A stretch of 24,000 nucleotides of DNA, from assembly GCA_008364785.1 (NCBI GenBank), contig VTTJ01000006.1, positions 327,387 to 351,386 on the forward strand, given 5' to 3'. Positions 8,813-16,510 of this stretch are shown here, one piece after another. Both the position numbers and the translations under genes were made by a program. This stretch comes from Bacillus sp. BGMRC 2118. GTDB lineage: Bacteria; Bacillota; Bacilli; Bacillales; SA4. Under the pieces are notes generated by a model that saw nothing but the letters and a program-made list of their open reading frames with translations, was not told the origin of the DNA and did no database searches. Numbering within the stretch: position 1 is the stretch's first letter; every line of letters starts with the position of its first letter.

Positions 8813-8986
8813 TTACTAGCTTTATCCCTGGTGAAGAATGACATGCTATGACGAAAAAGTGCCATACCATTCAGTACGGTATTCTATTTCTACATTTCTC
8901 AACCAAATTAGGAAATATATACCTATACAGCTCATATATGTTAAAATAATTAGAAAAGTTAAAAAATATAAAATGGATGTGATGGT

Positions 8987-11900
8987 ATGTCCTCCTCTTC
9001 TATTCTTCATACGAAATTAATTCCACCAAGTATAAAAGATGATATATTACGCAGACCCACCTTGACGAAGAAGCTGCATTCTATCACTACAGTACCGTTA
9101 ACGATTGTACACTCTGGTCCAGGCTATGGGAAAAGTACAGCTGTCTCCACCTTTTTATCTGATTTACGAAAAACGTACTGCTGGTATAGTATATCAAGCT
9201 ATGATGACGAGCTAATCCCCTTTTTGACCTACTTCATTTATGCGATTAAAGGACAGTTTTCAGGATTTGGTGATGAGTTAATCCACTACATAAATAAGAT
9301 GAACCGATATGGAAGAGATGAAGAAATTCGTAGCTTGAGTGCCTTATTAGTAAATGAAATTATGGAGCTTAACTCTGAATTCATAATGATTATAGACGAT
9401 TTGCATCTTGTCCAACATTCAAATCAAATTGACGAGTGGTTAGTATGGTTTATTGAAAATATTCCGCACAATCTAAGGATGGTATTTATCAGTAGAAATC
9501 GTCCTCAATGGGGGATTATGAGTTCGTTGAAGCTGAAAGGTCTTTTACTAGAAATAGGTGAGAAGGATCTGGCATTTTCTCAAGAAGACATTGAAGCATG
9601 GTTTACAGACGTTTATAGCATGGAGCTGGACGAAAAAGAAATACAGCAGATTTATCAGCTAACCGAAGGGTGGATTATTGCCCTGCAAATGATCATCCAA
9701 CAGTTAGGTCACCACCGTGATATCTCAAAGCTGTTAAAAAATAAATATACGTCTATGGAAGACCTGTTTCATTTCTTGGCAATGGAGGTTCTTGTTAAGC
9801 AAGCTCCGATGGTTCAGCAGTTTTTAGAGCAAACGTGTATTTTCGATGAAATAACACCGCAACTTTGTGATGAGGTATTAGGAATCTCAGGTTCTAGGGA
9901 TATGCTGGAATTATTGCAGCAAAAGAACTTATTTTTACAATCAATCGGTCAAAATCAGTATCGGTATCATGCACTTTTTAAAGAGTTTCTAGAACGACAG
10001 CTCGTTCTCCAACAAGATAAATATAAACAGTTACACAGGAGAGCCTCTGATTATTATCGCAGAAGAAGTCATGTAGAGCTGGCCATTTACCACTTAGAGA
10101 AATTAGAAAAACATGATGAAGTAGCCTACTTATTAAATGAATATGGAGAAACGTTAATTCAGAATGGAAAGCTTGAGAGTTTATTGGAACGCCTAAGAAA
10201 AGTGTCAGATGATCAGAAGCAGGTGTTTTATCGACTGTATTATTTACAAGGTGAAGTACTTCGTTATCAATGCCTGTACAAGGAGTCAGAAGAAAATTAT
10301 CAAAAAGCATCGATGCTCGCAAATAGAAGAGGTGATCATGAGGGAGAATTAAAAGCACTTCAAGGGCAGGCATACATATACTTAGACACAATTTCCCCAG
10401 GTAAGGCAGATCGCCTACTTCAACGAGCAATTGAAATTATGGAAAAAAATGAAAGCGCTTTAGAAATAGAAAAGGCCCGGCTTTATTGCCTAATGGCCGA
10501 AAACTTAGTAAATGCAGGGCAAGCAAAAAAAGCGGAAAAGTGGTTTGAGAAAGCAATAGAACATGATTTGTTGGAGGATATCGGAAATTTAGAAGCAAGG
10601 TTAAAACTGAGGACAGGACAATTAAGTGAAGCAAAACGAATATTATTTAATAAGAAAAACTTTGAGCTTCAGGAAACGCATTCACACTTGCAACAATCAC
10701 ATCGAGAAACGAATCTTCTATTGTCATTAATTGAATGCTTCGTTGGGAAGCCAGAATCGGCAAAGGAATTAGCTGAGATCGGGATTCAAGATGGTATTCG
10801 CTATAAAGCCCCTTTTGTAGAGGCGTGTGGTTGGATTCGTATGGGGCATGCTGTCCAACTAATCGGACGATATGATTCTAACTTAGCAAAAAAATGCTAT
10901 GATACAGCTCTTCATATGATGGATGATTTAGATGTGCCGCGTGGGAAGGCTGAGCCGTTAATGGGACTCTCGATTGTGTATGGCGCTGATGGGGCTTATG
11001 AAAAGGCAATGGAATTCGGAAAGCATGCCCTTGCTGAAACAGAAAGAGTGAATGATTCATGGCTTTCTGCATGTATTAAATTATGCATTGCTATAACATG
11101 CTCCTATGCCAGTAAAATAGACGAAACAGAAGATTGGCTACATAAGGCAAACGATCAATTCCACTTCTGCGGGGACCAATATGGCATTTGTATTACAATG
11201 CTCTGGAAGTCCATTCATTATTACCAACTTGAAAAATGGACACCATTTCAAGAAGCATTTACTAGCTTCTTAAATTATGTTCAAATTGGAAACTATGAAT
11301 ATATTCTTACTCAGCAGACAATCTTTGGCCCAAGAGACTTACAATCTATCACACCATTACTGATTGAAGCGCAGGCTCAAGGGATACAACGGCAATATGT
11401 AACCTATTTATTAAATGAGCTTGGACTTCATGATGTTGAAAGTCATCCTGGTTATACGCTTAGAGTCCAAACATTAGGGAGATTTAGAGTGTGGATTGGT
11501 GATAAAGAGGTACGTGAAAAGGATTGGCAACGAGGAAAGGCAAAGGAACTATTTGAGTTATTCATTACAAAGCGGCATCAGTATTTCCAAAAAGATACCC
11601 TTTACCAACTACTATGGGCAGATGTAGACGAAAAGGCTGCATCAAGAGATTTTAAAGTGGCGTTTAATGCACTTCATAATGCGATAGAACCTCAGCGTAA
11701 AGCAAGAACGAATCCATTCTTCTTTAAACGTGAAGGCCAGTCATATGGGGTAAATCCGAAAGCGAGTATGTATTTAGATGCGGAGGAGTTTGAACGCTGG
11801 ATCCGAGCTGGTTTAAAAGAGAAGGATAATGAAAAAGCCTTCAATTTCTTATCTAAAGGATTAGAACTATATGATGGAGACTACTTACCCGAACGTCGGT

Positions 11901-12214
11901 ATGAAGAGTGGTGCATAGCTGAGCGAGAACGGTTACTCGTCTATTACTTGAGAGGAGCAGAAAAGCTAGCGCAACTTTCAGTCCAAAAGTCGCAATACGA
12001 TGAAGCCATACACTGGTGTGAAAATATTTTAGAAAAAGATAATACGTGGGAAGAAGCGTATCGATTATTGATGTATTGCTTTTATCAAAAAAATAACAGA
12101 CCCCTGGCAATCAGGTGGTATAAAAAGTGCTGCAATAGCTTAGAAAATGAGCTAGGTGTAGCACCTATGGAACCGACAAAACAAATGTTTGAAATGATCA
12201 CGAAGATGGGGTAG
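8987..12214 (+). CDS. large transcriptional regulator: N-terminal MalT-like STAND/AAA ATPase, central TPR-like helical repeats, C-terminal SARP module (OmpR-type winged helix plus BTAD)
   Basis: MalT-like N-terminus (LHTKLIPPS...RRPTL), Walker A GPGYGKST (aa 44-51), Walker B IMIIDDLH and LTEGWIIALQM. The C-terminus has YTLRVQTLGRFRVWIGDKEV...WQRGKAKELFELF (wHTH) followed by GDYLPERRYEEWCIAERERL...AIRWYKKCCNSLENELGVAPMEPT (BTAD). Confidence 0.85.
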   Translation: MSSSSILHTKLIPPSIKDDILRRPTLTKKLHSITTVPLTIVHSGPGYGKSTAVSTFLSDLRKTYCWYSISSYDDELIPFLTYFIYAIKGQFSGFGDELIHYINKMNRYGRDEEIRSLSALLVNEIMELNSEFIMIIDDLHLVQHSNQIDEWLVWFIENIPHNLRMVFISRNRPQWGIMSSLKLKGLLLEIGEKDLAFSQEDIEAWFTDVYSMELDEKEIQQIYQLTEGWIIALQMIIQQLGHHRDISKLLKNKYTSMEDLFHFLAMEVLVKQAPMVQQFLEQTCIFDEITPQLCDEVLGISGSRDMLELLQQKNLFLQSIGQNQYRYHALFKEFLERQLVLQQDKYKQLHRRASDYYRRRSHVELAIYHLEKLEKHDEVAYLLNEYGETLIQNGKLESLLERLRKVSDDQKQVFYRLYYLQGEVLRYQCLYKESEENYQKASMLANRRGDHEGELKALQGQAYIYLDTISPGKADRLLQRAIEIMEKNESALEIEKARLYCLMAENLVNAGQAKKAEKWFEKAIEHDLLEDIGNLEARLKLRTGQLSEAKRILFNKKNFELQETHSHLQQSHRETNLLLSLIECFVGKPESAKELAEIGIQDGIRYKAPFVEACGWIRMGHAVQLIGRYDSNLAKKCYDTALHMMDDLDVPRGKAEPLMGLSIVYGADGAYEKAMEFGKHALAETERVNDSWLSACIKLCIAITCSYASKIDETEDWLHKANDQFHFCGDQYGICITMLWKSIHYYQLEKWTPFQEAFTSFLNYVQIGNYEYILTQQTIFGPRDLQSITPLLIEAQAQGIQRQYVTYLLNELGLHDVESHPGYTLRVQTLGRFRVWIGDKEVREKDWQRGKAKELFELFITKRHQYFQKDTLYQLLWADVDEKAASRDFKVAFNALHNAIEPQRKARTNPFFFKREGQSYGVNPKASMYLDAEEFERWIRAGLKEKDNEKAFNFLSKGLELYDGDYLPERRYEEWCIAERERLLVYYLRGAEKLAQLSVQKSQYDEAIHWCENILEKDNTWEEAYRLLMYCFYQKNNRPLAIRWYKKCCNSLENELGVAPMEPTKQMFEMITKMG

Positions 12215-12299
12215 GCAGAAGTAGCTACGAGGTTATTAGTTTTCGGAGGAGTAGCTGATTTATTGGTATTATCACTGAAAAGAGGGGGGAGATAGGTGA

Positions 12300-12590
12300 T
12301 AGGACTCGCCAATGACTGAGTTGGATTCGCCAATTAGGAGTCGAGAATCGCTAATAAAAGAGTAGATTTCGCTAATGAGAAGTCAGAACTCGCTAATAAA
12401 AGAGTAGATTTCGCTAATGAGAAGTCAGAACTCGCCAATAAAAGGGTAGATGTCGCTAATAAGAAGTCAGAACTCGCCAATAAAAGGGTAGATTTCGCTA
12501 TTAAAATAGTAAAATTCGCCAGTAACTAGGCTAATTTCGATGATAGCAGTATCGGTTGGCTGATATATGACTAATTTCGCTAATCAAATA
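12300..12590 (+). repeat. phased tandem array: 21-bp unit (core TCGCTAAT/TCGCCAAT), 42-bp higher-order unit, about 14 copies
   Basis: Cores start at 12306, 12327, 12348, 12369, 12390, 12411, 12432, 12453, 12474, 12495, 12516 and 12537, each exactly 21 bp after the last. Degenerate copies follow near 12557 and 12577. 12348-12389 and 12390-12431 are identical 42-mers. Confidence 0.95.
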
Positions 12591-12658
12591 CTTTTAAGAA
12601 AAGCAATATCAAAGTAATTACTTCTAGTCTAACAGAAATTCATTAAGTAAAAGCTATA

Positions 12659-12705
12659 ACGCAGGTGCAGTCATGCTAGAGACAAGAGCACTTGCGTTTT
12701 TTTTT
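12659..12705 (+). terminator. intrinsic terminator downstream of the repeat array
   Basis: ACGCAGGTGC (12659-12668) pairs with GCACTTGCGT (12688-12697), with one G-U pair, followed by 9 T. Confidence 0.8.
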
Positions 12706-12740
12706 AAAGCAAAAGGAAGGACATCATAGTACTTATTTAT

Positions 12741-12781
12741 ATTTGTAACTCATTTGTAACCACTACCGATTACGATACAAT
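12741..12781 (+). promoter_or_regulatory. operon promoter with a direct-repeat operator (ATTTGTAAC x2, 11-bp spacing)
   Basis: ATTTGTAAC occurs at 12741-12749 and 12752-12760. -10 candidates are TACGAT (12771-12776) and TACAAT (12776-12781). The same 20-nt motif is found at 21855-21874. Confidence 0.6.
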
Positions 12782-12825
12782 CAACGTTTCCACGTTAGGA
12801 GATGTAACGAAAAGGGGGAAGTGAC

Positions 12826-14055
12826 ATGGGTAAGAAAAAATGGCATCGTAGTTTATCTTTATTAATGCTAGCATTTGTTCTTCTTTTATCAGCATGTTCC
12901 GGCACAACGACAACAGATGAGGGAAATGGAGATTCTGAGGAAAGCAAGAAACCAATAAAGGTTGGTGTTTTGGCATCTATGACAGGTCCTCTTGAAGCAT
13001 ATGGCAAACAATCCATTCAAGGATTTGAGCTGGGCTTGGATTATGCAACAGATGGAACGAGAGAGGTAAACGGTCAAAAAATTGAATTTATCGTAGAAGA
13101 TACGGAAACAAAGCCAGAGGTTGCAATTCAAAAAGCAACAAAGTTATTAGAGGAAGATGAAGTTGATTTCTTAGTTGGATCTTCAAGTTCAGGTGACACA
13201 TTGGCTGTACTACCGCTTGCTGAAGAGTATGAAAAAATCATGGTGGTTGAACCGGCTGTAGCTGATAGTATCACAGGTTCAGAGTTTAATAAGTATATTT
13301 TTAGAACTTCTCGTAACTCTTCACAAGATGCGGTAGCAGGAGCAGCTGCCATTGCAGATAAAGGGGTGAAAATTGCAACCTTTGCTCCAGATTCATCGTT
13401 CGGTCAAGACGGGATCGCTGCATTTAAAGAAGCCGCATTAGATCTTGGTGCGGAAATCGTACATGAAGAGTATGCAGATCCTGCTGCTACTGACTTCACT
13501 TCTAACATTCAAAAGATTATTGAAGCAAAACCTGATTACTTATTTGTTGTTTGGGCAGGGGCAAATTCTCCTTGGAACCAGATTTCAGATATGAAGGTAC
13601 AAGACAAAGGGATTAAAATCTCAACAGGTGCTCCTGACATTGCGGCACTATCTACCATGAATGCTTTAGTAGGGATGGAAGGGTTCACCGTATATTATCA
13701 TGACCTACCACAAAACGATATTAATAAATGGTTAGTAGAAGAGCATAAGAAGCGATTTGACGGAACAGTCCCAGATCTGTTTACTCCTGGTGGAATGAGT
13801 GCAGCCATTGCAATTGTAGAAGCAATCAAGGAAACAAAAGGAGATACAGATGCTGAAACGTTAATTGAAGCGATGGAAGGAATGAGCTTCGAAACGCCTA
13901 AAGGGAAGATGACTTTTAGACCCGAAGATCACCAGGCCCTTCAATCACTATATGCGATTCGTTTAGAAAAGAAAGACGGCGTTGACTATCCGGTTCCTGT
14001 ATTGATTCGTGAACTCACACCAGAAGAAACAGCACCACCAATTCGTAATAAGTAA
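12826..14055 (+). CDS. ABC transporter substrate-binding lipoprotein, LivK / branched-chain amino acid (type I PBP) family
   Basis: Lipobox LLLSAC, then KVGVLASMTGPLEAYGKQSIQGFELGLDYA, which is typical of Peripla_BP_6/LivK-type binding proteins. RBS AAGGGGGA. Confidence 0.88.
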   Translation: MGKKKWHRSLSLLMLAFVLLLSACSGTTTTDEGNGDSEESKKPIKVGVLASMTGPLEAYGKQSIQGFELGLDYATDGTREVNGQKIEFIVEDTETKPEVAIQKATKLLEEDEVDFLVGSSSSGDTLAVLPLAEEYEKIMVVEPAVADSITGSEFNKYIFRTSRNSSQDAVAGAAAIADKGVKIATFAPDSSFGQDGIAAFKEAALDLGAEIVHEEYADPAATDFTSNIQKIIEAKPDYLFVVWAGANSPWNQISDMKVQDKGIKISTGAPDIAALSTMNALVGMEGFTVYYHDLPQNDINKWLVEEHKKRFDGTVPDLFTPGGMSAAIAIVEAIKETKGDTDAETLIEAMEGMSFETPKGKMTFRPEDHQALQSLYAIRLEKKDGVDYPVPVLIRELTPEETAPPIRNK

Positions 14056-14066
14056 TGAGCCATTCA

Positions 14067-14100
14067 AAAAGGAACTTATGGTAAAACGTAAGTTCCTTTT
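14067..14100 (+). terminator. intra-operon hairpin after the binding-protein gene (partial terminator or mRNA stabiliser)
   Basis: AAAAGGAACTTA (14067-14078) pairs with TAAGTTCCTTTT (14089-14100), a perfect 12-bp stem. Only 4 U are present and they lie within the stem. Confidence 0.5.
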
Positions 14101-14177
14101 CGCTAATAAAACGTATTTAACATCTTTTGCCTGGTTCTCACGGAGAGGATCTAATTCTATATAAGTAGGTGAATCAT

Positions 14178-14939
14178 ATGAGTAACATTATTGAAACGAA
14201 GGATTTAACCATTTCATTTGGTGCGCATACCGCAGTAGACCAAGTGAACTTTTCAGTGCCGTCTCAACATTTTAAGTCTATTATTGGGCCAAACGGTGCA
14301 GGAAAAACAACGTTTTTCAATTTATTAAGTGGGCAACTGTCTCCAACAAAAGGTGAAGTTTTTCTTAAAGGGGAAAATATAACGAAGCTGTCACCTACGG
14401 AACGTACTCGGAAAGGAATTGGTCGTTCTTTTCAAATCACAAATGTATTTCCGAATTTAACAGTACTTGAAAATGTAAGACTTGCAGTGCAGTCGAAGCA
14501 CGGAGTTCGATATAACTTTTTATCTCATTTTCAGAGCTTCCGGGGACATGAAGAAGAATCACATGAGTTACTTCGAAAAGTACTACTTGATTCTAAAGCA
14601 CATTCACTCGCAAAAAACTTAGCTCATGGTGAAAAACGCAAACTGGAAATTGCGATGTTATTAGCATTAGAAACAGAAGTGATTCTCCTTGATGAACCAA
14701 CAGCTGGCATGTCAATTGAGGAAGTTCCAACCATTCTTGAAGTGATTAAACAAATAAAAGAGGAAGGATCGAGAACAATCATTCTAATCGAACACAAAAT
14801 GGATATGATTTTAGATTTATCTGATTCAGTTACTGTTTTATTTAATGGCACGTTGTTAGCAGACGGGACACCACAAGAGATTATGGATAATGAAACGGTA
14901 CAAAAAGCATATTTAGGGGGCTTATACGATGCTTCTTAG
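14178..14939 (+). CDS. ABC transporter ATP-binding protein, LivG-like
   Basis: Walker A GPNGAGKTT, signature-like HGEKRKLEIA and Walker B ILLDEPTAG. I prefer ATG 14178 (AGGTG 6 nt upstream) over GTG 14169. Confidence 0.9.
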   Translation: MSNIIETKDLTISFGAHTAVDQVNFSVPSQHFKSIIGPNGAGKTTFFNLLSGQLSPTKGEVFLKGENITKLSPTERTRKGIGRSFQITNVFPNLTVLENVRLAVQSKHGVRYNFLSHFQSFRGHEEESHELLRKVLLDSKAHSLAKNLAHGEKRKLEIAMLLALETEVILLDEPTAGMSIEEVPTILEVIKQIKEEGSRTIILIEHKMDMILDLSDSVTVLFNGTLLADGTPQEIMDNETVQKAYLGGLYDAS

Positions 14940-15630
14940 GGTAGAACATATCGAAACGTACATTGAACAGTATCATATTTTACAAGGAGTTTCCATCGTT
15001 GCCAACAAGGGTGAAGTAACTGTGCTACTTGGTAGAAATGGAGCAGGAAAAACAACAACACTTCGTTCCATTATGGGGCTTAATCCGGCAGCAAAAGGAA
15101 AGATTTTATATAAGGAAAAAGAGATACAAAACCTTCCAACCTATGAAATTGCAAAACTGGGAATTGGTTATGTACCAGAAAACCAAGGGATATTTGCCGA
15201 TCTCACAGTAGAAGAAAATATGAAGGTTGCCATTCGAAAGCAGGATGGTGAAACGATGAAACGACTTGATTGGATTTTAGAATTGTTTCCAGATTTAAAG
15301 AAGTTTTGGAAAAAGGCTGGCGGAACATTAAGCGGAGGTCAGAAGCAGATGCTCTCTATCTCCAGAGCGTTTATCGGAAATAATGAATTGTTGCTTATTG
15401 ACGAACCAAGCAAGGGACTTGCGCCAATCGTTGTAGAAAGCGTCATGAATGCGATTCAAGAATTAAAAAAGGAAGCGACAATCATATTAGTGGAACAAAA
15501 CTTCATGATGGCTAGCAACATTGGTGATTACTTTTACATCGTAGATGATGGACGGAGTGTACTTGATGGAAAGATGGAACTATTAAAGAAAGATGAAATA
15601 CTACGTAAAAAATACTTAGGGATTGCGTAA
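14929..15630 (+). CDS. ABC transporter ATP-binding protein, LivF-like
   Basis: Walker A GRNGAGKTT, signature LSGGQKQML and Walker B LLLIDEPSKGL. It overlaps the upstream gene by 11 nt. Confidence 0.9.
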   Translation: MLLRVEHIETYIEQYHILQGVSIVANKGEVTVLLGRNGAGKTTTLRSIMGLNPAAKGKILYKEKEIQNLPTYEIAKLGIGYVPENQGIFADLTVEENMKVAIRKQDGETMKRLDWILELFPDLKKFWKKAGGTLSGGQKQMLSISRAFIGNNELLLIDEPSKGLAPIVVESVMNAIQELKKEATIILVEQNFMMASNIGDYFYIVDDGRSVLDGKMELLKKDEILRKKYLGIA

Positions 15631-15646
15631 GAGAGGAGGAAGCCTT

Positions 15647-16510
15647 GTGGAAGTATTGGTTAATTTGCTTATAAACGGTTTAGCGACAGGGATGTTAATT
15701 TTCTTACTGGCAGCAGGATTAACACTTATATTCGGATTAATGGACGTCCTGAATTTTGCTCATGGTGGATTGTTTGCTTGGGGAGCGTATGCGGGAGTAT
15801 GGTCTTATGGAGTAACAGACAGCTTCTTAGTCGGTATTATATGTGCAATCGCAGTCGGACTTGTTTTAGGCTTGTTAATGGAAAAGTTTATAATCGGGCC
15901 AGTATATGGAAATCATGTACAACAAATCTTAATCACTCTCGGCGTCATGCTTGTTTTAGGGGAAATGTTGAAGGTAGTTTGGGGACCGAACCAGTTAAGC
16001 GCGAAAACACCTGAGTGGTTAACGGGAAGCTGGGAATGGGGAGACATTATCCTTATTAAATACCGTTTATTTATAATCATTGTAGGATTTTTAGTTTTCC
16101 TTGCCGTACATCTTCTCCTTACAAAAACAAAGCTAGGATTAGTTGTGAGAGCAGGAGTTATGGATAAAGAGATGGTGCAAGCGTTAGGAATTAACATTAA
16201 GCGAGTATTTATGTATGTGTTTATGATTGGTTCTGCAATGGCCGCACTTGGTGGAGTATTACTCGGACCCTATTCTGGTGTCATCTATGCAGAAATGGGG
16301 ATGGAATTTGCAATTCTGGCCTTCATCGTTGTTGTAATAGGTGGAATGGGAAGTATTACGGGTTCAGTTATGGCAGCGATTTTAGTTGGAGTAACTGGTT
16401 CTCTAATGGCGTATTTCGTTCCCGAGTTATCACTTGCAGTTAACATGATGTTAATGATGATTGTATTAATTTTTAGACCTCAAGGGTTATTTCAATTGAA
16501 AAAGGGGTGA
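15647..16510 (+). CDS. branched-chain amino acid-type ABC permease, LivH-like
   Basis: Polytopic membrane protein beginning (M)EVLVNLLINGLATGMLIFLLAAGLTLIFG, which is typical of LivH. GTG 15647 has AGGAGGA 6 nt upstream. Confidence 0.85.
   Translation: MEVLVNLLINGLATGMLIFLLAAGLTLIFGLMDVLNFAHGGLFAWGAYAGVWSYGVTDSFLVGIICAIAVGLVLGLLMEKFIIGPVYGNHVQQILITLGVMLVLGEMLKVVWGPNQLSAKTPEWLTGSWEWGDIILIKYRLFIIIVGFLVFLAVHLLLTKTKLGLVVRAGVMDKEMVQALGINIKRVFMYVFMIGSAMAALGGVLLGPYSGVIYAEMGMEFAILAFIVVVIGGMGSITGSVMAAILVGVTGSLMAYFVPELSLAVNMMLMMIVLIFRPQGLFQLKKG

Noticed and set aside
8838-9020. 60-aa ORF upstream of and overlapping the regulator start
   Set aside because: It has no RBS and an AT-rich, low-complexity translation, and it overlaps the regulator's start region. 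It is more likely promoter or leader DNA.
9978-10430. 150-aa antisense ORF inside the regulator gene, and the other short overlapping ORFs in the track (157-417, 431-634, 902-1174, 3448-3648, 3954-4172, 4058-4246, 5750-5968, 6291-6479, 7914-8267, 10437-10634, 10878-11072, 11853-12110, 12770-13352 set, 14624-14851, 15029-15211, 15778-16197, 17503-17748, 18511-18962, 20020-20217, 21141-21329, 22925-23113)
   Set aside because: All lie within or antisense to CDSs that have clear family signatures. They lack RBSs and have odd composition, so they are shadow ORFs.
8987-12214. STAND NTPase as an antiviral Avs-type defence protein
   Set aside because: The C-terminus is a complete DNA-binding SARP module rather than a nuclease, protease or other effector. 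The N-terminus is MalT-like, and matching operator repeats sit at the adjacent promoters. It is a transcription factor.
12085-12333. 82-aa minus-strand ORF overlapping the 3' end of the regulator and the edge of the array
   Set aside because: It is antisense to a well-supported CDS, has a TTG start without an RBS and a low-complexity sequence. It is probably spurious.
12338-12529. Coding reading of the array: + frame gives heptads ...ANKRVDFANEKSEL..., - frame gives LAKSTLLLASSDFS repeats
   Set aside because: Any 21-bp repeat mimics heptads. The + frame has no ATG/GTG/TTG start and is preceded by in-frame stops (12317, 12335). The - frame has only TTG candidates without an RBS and would give fewer than 50 aa. 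The short MRSQNSLIKE-type mini-ORFs also lack an SD.
12300-12590. CRISPR array interpretation of the periodic repeats
   Set aside because: The conserved core is only 8-9 nt and the 13-nt 'spacers' alternate between two sequences rather than being unique. The period is 21 bp, and no cas genes or leader are present. This is a tandem repeat, not a CRISPR array.
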